In this document: positions 24,501 through 37,241 of the stretch, piece after piece | Layout: every line of letters begins with the position of its first letter | Position numbering within the stretch: position 1 is the stretch's first letter | Assembly: GCA_002633005.1 (NCBI GenBank) | Contig: NMRA01000036.1 | Location: 1,164,139-1,228,138, forward strand | Origin: Phoronis australis | Taxonomy: Eukaryota; Animalia; Phoronida | Length of the DNA stretch: 64,000 nt | Direction: 5' to 3' | The notes under the pieces: model-generated | Database searches by the model: none | The model's input: the letters and a program-made list of their open reading frames with translations, nothing else | Told to the model about the DNA's origin: nothing | Made by a program: the position numbers and the translations under genes

Positions 24501-26904
24501 AATTTTAATACATATCCAAACCAAAATCGCTTTCAAAATCAACAAAAGTTGGAGTCCATATACGAAACTTGGTACATAACATATTCATAATGTCTAATGA
24601 AAGCCTTGAAGACAAAAACACATAATCCTTAACTTGGCTTAACTGTGAGAAGCAAAAAGCTAGCATAACTGAGGCTGCAAATGAAATCCCAAATATTCTA
24701 ATACGCAATCGCTTTCAAAATCTACAACTCAAGGGGTCTATAAAATTGTACAAAATATTTTTCTCAATGTGTATTGAAAATTTAGGGACCATAAATACGT
24801 GTTTTCTTACTTGATTATATACAAGAGCCAAAGAACTAACATTTTAGGTACCCATTTGAAAACATCAGAAGCGTGTGTTTCGTAACCTTGAAGACTTGTC
24901 CATACAGCAACGCAGTTGGAAACGAAGAAAATCAGAAGTTAAACAGTACACAAAAAATCAAGAAATCAGCATAATATGTTATTATGAATTTCCGATTATG
25001 GGACAAATTTCCTCTTCTCTTTAAAGAGGCAAGTGAATGTTTGTCAACAATTGCTGACGTCTAGTAGAGCATTTCACTTTAACATGAGAGAAAAGTTTCA
25101 GAAAAAATCACAAAATTCACGATTCTGAATGATACACGTGAAGGAAAACTGTGGTTACCACAGAGTTTCTAATGTCCGTCACTTTTATGGTAAGTGCATG
25201 CATGCACTTTCGGTCAGTTTCTTCAAGTTGCTTGAGGGCAAGATCACAATCCCAAGTACATCATTTAGCGATTCCAATCGGCCAATTTCACAAACTGGTT
25301 TCCTCCAACTAATTTTCCAGAATGCAGAGTTTTGATGCATTATCAAGCAATCAATATTGTACCAGAAACTGTTAATCTACAATCTGTCTTATTCAGGTAT
25401 GCACCAGTAACTCCTAAATGCACACACAAATAAGGAAATTGCATCATCAAAGCTGTCGGTAAAAGGTATTGGTTAGATATATTCAGAATTTACTTCACTT
25501 GTTATTTTTTACTCCAAGTATGATGGTAAGACAGTGACGAATTTATGGAGGTTTGTAATATAACTCCTAGACACACACACATCAAACTGTCATACAAAAT
25601 TTACAGAATTGTGGTCATTAAACTGACTTGTAAGTATAGAAACATCTTTGCATTTGAATCCAAGAAGTCTGCTGCAATAAAGTGGGCAGATGACATGGAC
25701 AATGTTGCGTGGACGTATGCTGCTGACTCCTCTTGCTTTGACGACGTTGAGGACAGACTGCATGATGGAATGAAGCTACAGCCTATCAAAACAATTCACA
25801 TGCATAAATACAAATAATAGATATTCACACGTACCTTAGTGGTCATACAATTTGGTGGTGTAACTGCTTAAAACACATGTATAACAAAAGCACATAATTA
25901 AATCTACGAGATTCATTATTATCACAGTCAGATGATCCATTTCAATTACCGTAAACTCGCGGGTTAACGCCCATGTCCGTGTAATCGCCCATCCTGACTT
26001 TTGGTCAAGTTTCAGTTTAAGTGCCTACTGCTTCGGTAGTTGCCCATCCCCTACTTTGTGCTAATTTCCATCCCCAACATACCGGTTACAGAACTGGCAC
26101 TCAAACCAATGCTTTTGTTCACCGCTTCGCCTAGGGCTCAGACTTCTGTGTTTGCGGAAACACAGCATGCTTACATCTGCATACAATTGTCTCCAAAAGT
26201 ATGTTTTTCTGCCGGCGCTAGTGGAATAACTCAAGCGATGCAACCACCTTTTTAAACTTATCAACTGACGTTTTGTTAAATAAATATAGGCCTATAGAAG
26301 TGACGCTAGTCTACTACGAGATTCGACATACGACGTCCTGGTCGTCACATACGAAGATTTGTCTAGGTGACAGGTTTTCGAATTACCATTTCGATGCTTT
26401 TTCGATATCAGCAAATCAATTTTTTTGAGTGTTTGGCGAGAACAGGTAAAACTTCGAAACATCGCCAAGTATGTTCAGATGGAGAACTTGATTTTGTTGG
26501 ATTTGACACATATTTGAATTGAGCAATTAATTTAACCTCCTCTCATTGTAATTGCACACACAGACCAAGTGATTTGATAGCCTATTTCCTGGATCAACTC
26601 AGATTTGAACTGAACAACTATTCACCCTCCCCTCTCATTATAATTGCAAAAGGTTTGTGTCGGAGATGAACGAGCAGTCCGTGTTTTTAATGCAGCGACA
26701 GATAATCTAAACAGTGAACAAAAGTTTATCGGGTTTAATGCCCAGATGACATTAACAACAACGAGATGGGACCGGAGGGGTTACAACTAAACACAGTCGT
26801 ACGAACAACACTTACAATACAATGGCACTGGAAATGACATGTAGTCTCGTTCACTGATCTGAAACAGTGCTTGCTGATACGCGGGGAAGAAATATTACGC
26901 GACA
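21530..26904. mobile_element. Ginger1-type DNA transposon, no recognisable transposase ORF
   Basis: TGT...ACA termini; 23-bp TIR TGTCACGTAAAATTTCTTCCCCG vs TGTCGCGTAATATTTCTTCCCCG (21/23); CCGG TSD at 21526-21529 and 26905-26908. Confidence 0.8.
23749..24725. repeat. Tandem repeat, ~193-bp unit x ~5, inside the Ginger-type element
   Basis: ACCAAAATCGCT recurs at ~23749, 23941, 24134, 24327 and 24520 with similar intervening sequence. Confidence 0.9.
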
Positions 26905-28075
26905 CCGGTCATTTCAGCCCCTCGGTCACCCACCCAACCATCCCTGTCAAGCCACCTATGGAAACAATTGCCAAGACCAGAATAACATACAGAATGGGCA
27001 ATAAAAATAAGTAAAACAGAAACAATAACTCACGACTCACGAATTCATGTCCACCATTCGACAGACGGCGAAATTTTACCAAAGATTTTATAGTTACCTA
27101 AGGATATAGTATCTTTGGGCACCCTAAAAAGTTGTTTTCAGTGCTCTCGCTCGCTTTTCCTTATTGACCTGATAATGGATTGAACTAGCGCCGATTATTT
27201 TATTTTTCCACTATCCATTGCCCCGCAGTGCTAATCATTAGGCAAGTTTTACGGTAACAGGTTTTGCGGGTAAGGGAACGAGATAGCGTGCACTTTTCGC
27301 CCTAGAGTATCCAGTGATTCCACATCAAAGGCTTGGTGGTGCCGTTAGAGTCGCTATTCATCAAGGGGGGATCAATTGGTCGCCGAGAATTCAAAACCAG
27401 TAGCCAGAACTTCAAGATCCGGCAGTCGGCAGGGCTGCAAAACCAAATGGCTGGTGATCAAACTGGTTGTCCGGACTTCAAAACTCTATGGCCTCTCCCA
27501 AAAATCTAGTCGGCTGGACCCAAAACACGATGGCATGTGCTATATTAAGTTGGCCTGTGATCAAACACAGCTGGTTGACTTCCTCAGAGACTCGATCGCT
27601 TTGAATGTCTCAAAGGATTTGATCAATTCCTTGCCCATAATCTAAGTGACCCGAGTGCAGAGAGCAAAAATGTATTTTACCGGCGCCATTTTTGAAAAAC
27701 CAAGATGGCCACCAAGATGACAGCCAAAGAAATGGAATCAAATATAGTTTCAGTCTCAATGATTCGTCATTCCACTAGATTTCCAAAACTGTGTAGTTTC
27801 CGCGTTTTCCCGAACTAGAAAAAATACAACGATCGGCAAAATTTGGTCATAGTTAAACCTGACTATACCTAAATCATTTGGCAGTTGAGCTGGCATATAG
27901 TCAGACCACTAAAATCATATCTTTGTAGAATGACTCAATAATCAATTGATCTAGCTCTATTTCTGTCTATCAACGGAAGACTATATCAACCTCGGATTAT
28001 GAGTAGGGCATACCCATACTCCAGTAGTTAATCTAGTGGTGGACTCATCATGTATATATAAATTGAGTCGGCCCG

Positions 28076-28134
28076 ACTTGAAAGCTGGGAGAGGAAGATA
28101 GGACGGTCCTATCTTTCTCTCCCAGCTTTCAAGT
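28076..28134. repeat. Near-perfect palindrome, 29-bp arms, 1-nt spacer
   Basis: ACTTGAAAGCTGGGAGAGGAAGATAGGAC-G-GTCCTATCTTTCTCTCCCAGCTTTCAAGT, one mismatch. Confidence 0.9.
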
Positions 28135-31100
28135 TAGAATGTAATTTATTTGTCCTCCCTCATTTAAACTACAGCATTCGAAATATATCCACACTCTGCA
28201 CACTAGAAAGGAACTTCGCCTCCTTACTTCAAGGCATCATTAAAATCTCAACTGCAAAATTTCACTCCTATTTCCTCAGTAAACAGCTTCCTAAGTATTA
28301 ATTTTTACACAAACAACTTCTTCTGTAGACCCACTGGACACATTAGAACTTCTACATACCTCAGTGAATCAATTAATACTCAGGTGCTATTGAAGGCCTA
28401 ATTCCCCCATCCAACAAATTCATTACGGCGTTGCTCCCAGCTTGTTCGATTCTATAGCCCAACAACAAGTTGGAAATTTACCCCTGTAGCCAGTATCTTA
28501 CGCGCCTGATTAAATCCATTCTGGCATTCATGGTTGGAGGGCCTGCTCTCTTTTGTTTGATAATTGCTCTAATCTTCAAAAAGATCGTATCTAGCCTGAC
28601 TGGGGTGTACTGTTAAAAATAAAAGTTAAGTTAAAACATGTTTGAACGTGAATCAATAACATTTTTGAAATCCTCGTCTAATGGTGATCATGTTTAGTTT
28701 TTGAATCACCAAAATCGCCCAACTGCAACCGAAGTTACGATAATCTATTCTTTCTGAATGTACCAATTCGCTCTGGGTTTGACGGTGTTCAAACGTGGTC
28801 TGCAATAAGCCTGGTAGATAATTGGCCTACTTGTCGTCATAACGGACAAAAGACTTCGCTTGCCAGTTAGCAAAGAAGCTAAATGTTATCAAACGCTCAG
28901 AACCCCCTTCGTCTGGTAAAGTCACTGAACGGGAAAACGCTGTCATGTGTCATCAAGAACCTGTATCAAATTTGAAATTCCTCGCCTTATAAGTTATAAC
29001 GAAATACCAGTCTCTACACCGGCACTTACTATATTGCAAGCATTCTCCAGATTAACCAATTTTATAATTAGCAACTACGATCCAATCTGTCATATTTCCA
29101 ATTGCCTTTGTAACAGTATCTAATTGTGTTCCCAAAATCTCGTGAGCTGTGCACAGTCCACTTCTTGGTTCCTGGCGTCGGTGTCTGTCGTTTAGCGCTT
29201 TAGGTTTTGGCTTACAACGGATAGGCCTATTCCTACCGATTTTTCCGTTTCCAGTTAATTATTTTTGTACAGGGTACCTTCTTATTGGGTAGAGGTCGAA
29301 AACTTTAGAAGGCCTCCAAATTTAAATCGCAATTATTTAATCATTATATTATGTCTTAATATAAATAAAAGTGAGCCACTCCCTCCCTGGCGAGATCCCT
29401 CGCTCCCTCGCTCTCTCTCTCCGTGGTCTACTGCACAACTATGGTTGCTTTCAGCAAACGCGACACTTGGGCTAATGTAGCGTGTAGACTGCACAGGTTA
29501 ATGGCTTACTCGGAATGCGACATGTATTTTGCTGGTGGAGCATGCATTTTAAATATCAAAATTTCTTATTTGCATGCAATATGGAAACAGTGTAAGACTG
29601 CTCTCAGGTGTTCGTTGATTGTGTGTTGGCTTCATAGACATCTTGATACTGTAGACTGGGCGCACGCGCTACTGCAGCTGACAACTTGACGCCATATTGG
29701 AGTGTCAGTAGTCACATGACATGGCTAATTGCCGCGTGTAAACAAACGGGGTAAATTGCTCTTTTCAAAGCGCGATATCTAACAAATAAAGAGGTGGAAG
29801 AGTGTGATTTTTTCCAGAAACATACAGAAACATATGCTGTAGAATTTACATGCGTTTTTTATGAGTTAATCAGTCGACAGGGAAAATATCAAACTAATAG
29901 AAGATTGCAACCAGTGGCAGATTCTCGAATTGTCTGAGCGGCTGCACGCTTGTTACCCACTGTGAGCGCTTTATTTTTTTTCAAGAGAAACCAGTAAGAT
30001 CGCGCAAATTTATCATTTAATTCGCGTCGCTCGATGCAAATACATTATGTCCAGCAGACGTGCTGCTCACTTGGGACGTACTTTTGTTGTGTCCCAACAA
30101 ACCTTAGTTTTCATTACTGAAAATGACCAAGGGTAACTACGTAAAATTAAAAGGTCGCATTTAATGGGGGGGGGGGTCTAAATTTAATGTGAACCACTGT
30201 GGAAAGTGACCTCATTGGAGTCATATCTAAATGACAGGTTTTTAAAATTCATTAGGATGTTTTCCCGTTCCGTGACTTTACCACACGCACACTAGCGGTT
30301 GTGAGCGTGTACAGTTTGGCGATTTTGGCGATTCAAAAACTTTAAGCATGACCAGTTTTTGATGGGGAATTCAGAAATATTATTGGTTTATATTCAAACA
30401 TTTTATAACTTAACTTATTTCTAACACCTCAGCCCAGTGAGTCAATAAGCCTAAGATATGATCTTAATGGAGATTAGAGCAACTATCGAACAAAAAAGAC
30501 TGAGATGACCCTCCAACCCTAATAGCCAGAATGGACTTAATCAGTCGTCGGTGTAAGATATTGGCTACAGCGGTCATCCGCCCAACTTGTGCTATACAAC
30601 AGTTAGACTTAACTCGAGAATTTCATAATGTAAAAAGCAAAGAACACAGACTCAATTCCTCTCTTGTGCATGGTTCGGGATTGCCAACGTACAAATATTT
30701 TTCTCTCACGTATGGTATTCCTCTCTAACGAATCTGAAGTCACCCCCGATCAAGCACCAGGCACTTGTTGGTGTTTTGCAGTATCCCCACACCGTGTAAT
30801 TATGTGCTCACAAAGAGATCATCCCCGCTCTCACACATTATTTCGAACCGTTCCAATCCATCCCTGTCCTTAATCTGATATACGTACTGCGCGTCCCTCA
30901 GCCGCCAAGAAATTTAAAATAACATGTGGCCAAGTATTTTGGATTAGTTTTCATGCAGTCCAGTAGTCCAATATTATATCCTGGCACGAGCATTGTAAAA
31001 ATGACCATTTGCCAAGTTGGGCATCTGAACGAAGGACTGTTCAAAAATTGTGATTGTTTTCGCTTCGGCCCAGCTTTCCCACATCATATTCCTGCTCTTT

Positions 31101-31261
31101 CAATCCCTAATTGCGGCATATATTGATGTAAGATGTCCCTTGCCACGCGTTACTCAGGTGACCCCCATACCTAAACATCCGCGTATCGAACATTGTTGAA
31201 AGATCACCAGTTACGGGTATCGCGTCTGCTTATCCCAACCCCCTGTTGCGGAGGAACCGGG

Positions 31262-31638
31262 CAGTGGCGGATTTAGGGGAGGGGGGGCAAGACGCCCTAA
31301 AATTCTCCCAGATTCCATTTGGCAGTTCAGGGGTGCGAAAGTCCGACGGGCGGAATCCTAGCTAATAGATGCGCCCACCCGGGCGGGGGGCTGGGGGGTT
31401 TCCTAGAGAAACAAAAAGTCCGAGGAAAGGAAACAATATAGTCCACAGGAATTTGTCGCGAATGCACAATGCACGGGGTTGAACCTAGTACCCCGTTTTT
31501 TAGTACTCGTCTTCTTGTTCCAGTAAAAGATCCACATTACCGCAAAATTCGAGCCCCCTCTGCATTTTAGGCTGGGTGCGCGCATGTGATCCTTTGCCTT
31601 GCACCCCCCCTTAAATCAAAATTCTGGATCCGCCCCTA
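31262..31638. mobile_element. hAT-like MITE
   Basis: CAGTGGCGGAT...ATCCGCCCCTA termini; degenerate 8-bp TSD GAACCGGG / GAACCGTT. Confidence 0.6.
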
Positions 31639-32726
31639 GAACCGTTGAATAATGACGGGGCGTGTATTCACGGACGTGAGGTCATTTTTCATGGGCTAAA
31701 AGTTCTTCACATTAAATTTAGACCTTGTGAAATAATTAGCCGGAGTCATTTTTCATGGAGTCGTTATTTAATGCTACACCGGCTCGGTTTCCAGTTGGAA
31801 ATTCTGTATTTTGGGTATAGGTCGGATGCGCAATTCAGTCGTACAGGTTTGATATTTTGATTACTATGCACTTTACTTTTTTGCGCAAGTTTTGAGTCAC
31901 AAAACAAAGAGCTCGTGAGCAAGCAATGCAAATTCACAAAATTTCCAATATCAGTTTTAACATAAGTACAGATTTTTTAGGGATATCTTTGTTTTAATAA
32001 CATAGAAGAAATCTGCTTTTGGAATACTTATTAAGAAATGAGTTTTTAAAGCAGTATATATTTCAACAGAGAATATATTATTCACTAAGATGCACTGATT
32101 TCGACGGATAACGAGTAGGTTCGGGGATGTTATTTTTCAGAACAAGTAAAAATACATATGATTGTCATTGATACCAAATATTTACTTAAGTGCAATTAAC
32201 AAACATCATCATCATTGGATAAAAGACTATGCTGGTCAATCCCCCATTATCTTTTAATTGGTCTTATATGGTCTCGATCACCATGACTGAAACAACGCAT
32301 AATCGTCCCGCTTAAACTACTGTGGCAGAACATAAAAACCAAGTGTCAGCACCTCTAAACTCCATGGCCGAACCAAAAAACCCATGACTCAAAGGCAGGA
32401 CCAAAAAACTAGTAACTCTTTGGCCGCAAGCATAACACTGTAAGCCCGCCGATTTTCTGACTGATGCCGTAGGGCTCCCAGTGTTTTCCGCCATTTTTGT
32501 CCTGGGTAATAGTCACTCTTTAATATGGGTCATATTGACAACGCGAGCTGCATGTAGGCCTATCTGAGTGGCGCGCGCCCGGTCTATGTGATGCCTATGG
32601 TTGGCTTGTTCCATTTGATATTTACGTCATCGGCCTTGTGGTCTAATTTTACCGTAACAAAATAGGTCATTCTAAACGATTGTACGTCAACTGGTAAGGC
32701 CATTGCTTCACCTTTTGTGAAATTGC

Positions 32727-32958
32727 CACAACAACGTTTCAGTTCTCCATGGTGGATTACCTTACTGGGAGAAACAGGGCTATGATATCTCTAATTCACC
32801 TTCAAAACCTCACGCATTAGATTTCAAGGCCACCTTTCACGCAGAGATGGTAAAGGGTTTTGAAGAAATCATCGCCAATCTTACATCTCAAGATTACCAT
32901 GTGGTCGATGCACGAGGGCCTGGCAGGTTCAATGGAGAGGAACCAGAAGCAAGAGTTG
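32727..32958 (+). pseudogene. Isolated exon fragment of a thiosulfate / 3-mercaptopyruvate sulfurtransferase (TST/MPST, rhodanese family)
   Basis: Reads HNNVSVLHGGLPYWEKQGY...FKATFHAEMVKGFEEIIANLTSQDYHVVDARGPGRFNGEEPEARV with a phase-1 GT after EPE; in-frame TGA at 32718; no other rhodanese exon found in the window. Confidence 0.8.
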
Positions 32959-33201
32959 GTATCCAATTTGTTAATTTGGAAGTATAAGAAAATACTTTTA
33001 CAGCATGTGATATTTTATTTGCCTCTTATTGGTCATTCAAGTGTTTTGAATTTCCATTTAGACCTGTGTGACTAGTCAAATAAGCATGTGCCTGTGTTTT
33101 TGTTCTCAAATTCTGCATAGTTGTCAACCCTTGTGGATATATATTCCCAAAAACTTAATATTCACACATTATATGAAATTACATCTACAGCTGTATACTT
33201 T

Positions 33202-36180
33202 TTATTGCTAATAATGTGCCCACATATACATGTACATAATGTGGGTATGTTGTGCAGTCATCTCCATCCATTCATCTCTATGTCTGGGCTGCTGTTCATT
33301 CGTCCGCCTTCTGACGTGCGCTGCTGTATCTCCAAATTCCCTTGTTGGCTGTTTGTGATATTTTGCATACACGTTCCTATCATGAGTAGGTGGGCAGGAA
33401 GAAATTTTCGGAAGGTAAAAATTATCGCTGTGCCTCCTAAGTGGCAATTTTTATGCACCCACATATTTATATGTAGATGCATTATGCCATCAACCCCACC
33501 TGACGTCCGTATGTCCGGCGTCCGCTGCTCTATCTCCAAAAGCCTTTGACATATGTTCATGAAATTTTGTACATGTGTTCCTTTCATAGATAGAATGGCT
33601 TGAGCGAAGTTTCGGATGGATCTGAGTACCGATGTGCCCCCCTAGTGGCAATTTTATTTTTTACATTTACCTCTATATCTTCATGGTAGTCAATGGATTT
33701 TCATAAAATTTGGTGAAAAGGCATCTGTTAGTGTGATGACGCTATCCTCTCGTTTTTGGACGGATTCAAGGTATTTTGCACCATCTAGTGGCCATTTTTG
33801 GTGTTTTCGAGTCTGTTTTGTGGCGTCTGCCCCTCTATCAACCAAATCTCTCAAAGGATGATTGTGAAAATTGGCATGTATATTCTTACTATGAAGGGGA
33901 TGGCTGACAACGATTTCCGACTTCGACTAATGTGCCGCCTCCTAGTGACAGTTTTGTTTTTTTGCACACATGGCTGCATCTCCTAAACCCTCTGCAGGAT
34001 CTCTGCTAAATTTATAAAGCATATTTATACTGAAGTTGACAACGGACGATAATGACTTTCGGATGAATCTAACTACCAGTGTGGCCCCTTGAGGCAATTC
34101 TACTTTTTACTTTTACCTTTGTATATTCAAAGGCCCTCATCGGATTTTGAAAAACTTTGGAATACAAACAGCTATTGGTGAGATGACGCTATCCTCCCGT
34201 TTTCTGATGGATTCAAGGTATTTTGCGCCACCTAGTGGGTACTTTTACTGTTTTCGAGTCTGTTCTTGACGTACGCTCCTCTATCAACCAAACCATTCTA
34301 AGGATGATTTTGAAAATTGACGTATATATCCTCAGTGTGAAGAGGACGGTTTTCGATGACATCTTTGACTAATGTGGTGCCTCCTAGTGGCAGTTTTGTT
34401 TTGATTTGCGCCCACATCTGTATCTCCTAAACCCACTGCAGGATCTTTAATAATTTTAGTAAGTGTATTTATATGAAACTATTGACAGACAACAACTTAC
34501 AAGCGGATCCGGTGAATGCTGTGTCCCCTAGTGGCAATTTCATTTTTTTCCGTTTTTCTTAGTTTCTCTCTACCTTGACAAATTTGTATGAAATTTGGTA
34601 AATAACTTTCTATCAAAGAAACAATGGCATGTTCCCGTTTTTGGACGGATTCGACGTATTTTGTCCCATCTAGTGGCCATTATATGATACAAATAAACAA
34701 CTCTAGAAGCACTCTGTTTGCGGTGCATTCGTGTCGCATTTCATCGTTCGGCGTTGCTCTTGCTCTTGTGTTTCGTGGTCTCTATTATATCTACTGAGCT
34801 CTTGACAGAATTTCATAAAATTTTACAAATAGGTTCCTATTAAGCAGATGACAAAACCATCCCATTTTCAGGCAGATTATGCACTTCTGTGGCCATTTTA
34901 AAGGTTTTTGTGTCTGTTTTATTAGCGTCCGCCTCTGTATCAGCCAAACCCGTCAAAGAATCATAGTGAAATTTCACCTGTTGAAATGAGCATGGCTGAC
35001 ATGGTGCCTCCTAGTGACAATTTAACTTATTTCTTTGTGTATGCCAATATAGATGTAACAAGTTCCTTGATAGACTTTCATGAAATTTTGGCTAAAAGTC
35101 AAGGAGACGACAGTTGTCCATTTTCGGATGGATTCCACGTATTCTATGCCTCCTAGTGGCCATTCTTATTTTGTTTGTCTCTGTTTTCAGCTTCTGGTTC
35201 TCTATTTGCCAAAGTGCTTGAAGGATCCCAAAATTTTTTTAAAGATTATGGTAACAACTGAGATGATCATGACTGGCGTAGATTTCAGATGGACTTAACT
35301 TACACTGTTCCCCCTGGTTTCCTTTTTATGCTCTCGTGTGTGTGCGTGCGTGCGTGCATTTGTGTATTGTCTGTGTGTTCACTCCATGTCCAAAAAAACC
35401 TTGTCAGGTATTGATGTAATTGGCGCACAGTTTGCGTCGCCCCCAGGCCAGATTGTGTGCAGTTTCTCAGAAGTATTTGACCATGCTGTGTCTCTTTACT
35501 TTTCCGCAGGACATCAGAAAAGCGCGGATATTGCATAAGTTTACAAGTAACTCCCATGCTGATGGATATGACACACTGGCACTGGGTACGTTCATACGTC
35601 ACACTCATGTCCGTGGAGTTAAGAAGTCACTTTTCTTCTATTTTCCCTCTTTTGGATATTGAATTCATGGTTGTGATTTGCAGTGCTATAATAAGAGAAG
35701 GTTTAGTGATGCTGACAATGTAATCACTTGTCAAAACGAGGCGAATGGTGATTTTAGGCTCTTTAATATCTAAAAAATATATGGTCATATTTCGGTGAAA
35801 TTTGACACAACTAGGGCAGTGAATGCCACATTTCGATTTGCTCCGAACCCAAGACCAATGGGCGGTATCTCTGTACCTTCAGAGTTACTTGACAGAGTTT
35901 CATGAAATTTGGAAAATAGTTTTCCTTTAAGAAGACAGCAACACCTTTCTATTTTTGCATGGATTAAGCATATTGTGTACCACCCAACAGCCATTTCTAT
36001 GTTTTGTGTGTTTTGCATCCTCAGCTGTGTCCTAAACCCCTAACAGGATCTTTGTGAAATTTGACAAGTTTATTCTTATGAACGTAGCAACAGATGACAA
36101 CTTATTGTGGAGGGATCCGACTATGCTTCACAGTGGCAACTTTATTATTTCGTTTGCCTCGTTTGATTCCCTAATTCCAA
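33202..36180 (+). mobile_element. Older degenerate family-A-related HINE-like copy, interrupted by the 33448 insertion
   Basis: Degenerate head (GTGCCCACATATACATGTACATAATGTGGG) and GCCTCCTAGTGG-type subrepeats on both sides of the nested copy; right boundary approximate. Confidence 0.55.
33448..34762 (+). mobile_element. HINE-like element, family A, full-length copy
   Basis: Colinear with 12314-13602; subterminal inverted repeat ATGCACC / GGTGCAT; eight ~146-bp subrepeats; end GTTGCTCTTG. Confidence 0.8.
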
Positions 36181-36189
36181 AACTGCATA

Positions 36190-37235
36190 AAGTACCTTAT
36201 TATTTTGCATTGGAGGCCATCGGCCCACAGTACATACCATTTATACAACATATATACAGTACAATACACTGTTACGCATACGTACGCACATAATATTTTT
36301 AACATCCATCAGTTTTTGTCTGAGTACAAAAACGTGATGCACAAACTCAATCAAAATTTTCACCACACAGGGATCAGAAATTCTTGTCAACCTCAAAAAT
36401 GAACCATCACTTGTGTTGGTCCAATATAAGTTAGGCAGCAATCTTATTCATCTTCCAAAAAATCTTTACCAGAGCTTTGTTTACATAAAGAACACATAGA
36501 TACATAGATATTGATCAACAGATAGCTGTCTTCCCACCTTGACCAACAGTCTGTGATTTGAACATTGAAACCTTGCAAAGGAACTCATGAAGCAATGGGA
36601 TAATTTGAATGAAAAACTGAATGGCCTTCCAAATTAAGTATCGTTTTGAAGAGGGAGTATGTACATAATTTTGAATTGTTTTGCATGTATGTATTTTAGA
36701 CATGTAAAAAGCAATCCTTAATTCTTAGTTCAAAGGCCTGTAGAAATAATTCTTCGCACCCAACTCCTTGTTGCTCAAGCCACACAAAAGCAAAACCATA
36801 TCTGTTTAACAGTGCCTTAACAGGGGTAGCCCATTTAGATTTTCCCCGCCTCGTCTGTAACTTTAGAAGCATATTATAGACCAACTTGAGGTAATGCGGA
36901 GACGGCAATTTTAATAACTTTAACCAATATTTGGTTAACGTTAAAAATAATTAGACAAGAAACGGAATCTCTGTGTTCACCCAAAACTGCACTACTATTA
37001 CAGCTTCTGCCAACGCCCATCAGACTTTTACAAAATGTAACTTGAACATTCTCTATACAGCAATATATACTCTTTGAATCCCCACACTTCAGTGCCATAA
37101 CTAAGGATTGAGAAAACCATTTTGTCAGAAACGTCTAAGTTAGTCCATTTAGTGGCATTGAACTGCCTTCCATTGCAGAAACCAACTTATAAGTAGGGAA
37201 CTTACAGTTATGCAACTGGTCCCAAATTGTTCTTG
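36190..37235 (-). mobile_element. Degenerate non-LTR retrotransposon 3' region (RTE-X-like LINE)
   Basis: Broken frames read IENVQVTFCKSLMGVGRSCNSSAVLGE and YWLKLLKLP...WATPVKALLNRYGFAFVWLEQ; tail GGCCGATGGCC...AATAATAA. It probably continues weakly beyond 40890. Confidence 0.7.
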
Positions 37236-37241
37236 ATACTT

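Noticed and set aside
23749-24725. CRISPR-like periodicity here and in the HINE arrays
   Set aside because: Whole units are homologous with no unique spacers, there are no cas genes, and the context is eukaryotic.
25947-27256. TACCGTAAA...TTTACGGTA as a Tc1/mariner TIR pair
   Set aside because: Similarity stops after about 9 bp and the pair would straddle the Ginger right end; probably ends of two different elements.
32312-32494. Minus-strand ORF MAENTG...CYACG with good start context, THAP-like guess
   Set aside because: Only 60 aa, lacks the THAP signature, and the start context equals a YY1-type motif common in promoters and repeats.
35410-35585. Exon-like segment as a continuation of the rhodanese fragment
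   Set aside because: No frame gives GHIPG or the CGSG-type active-site motif.
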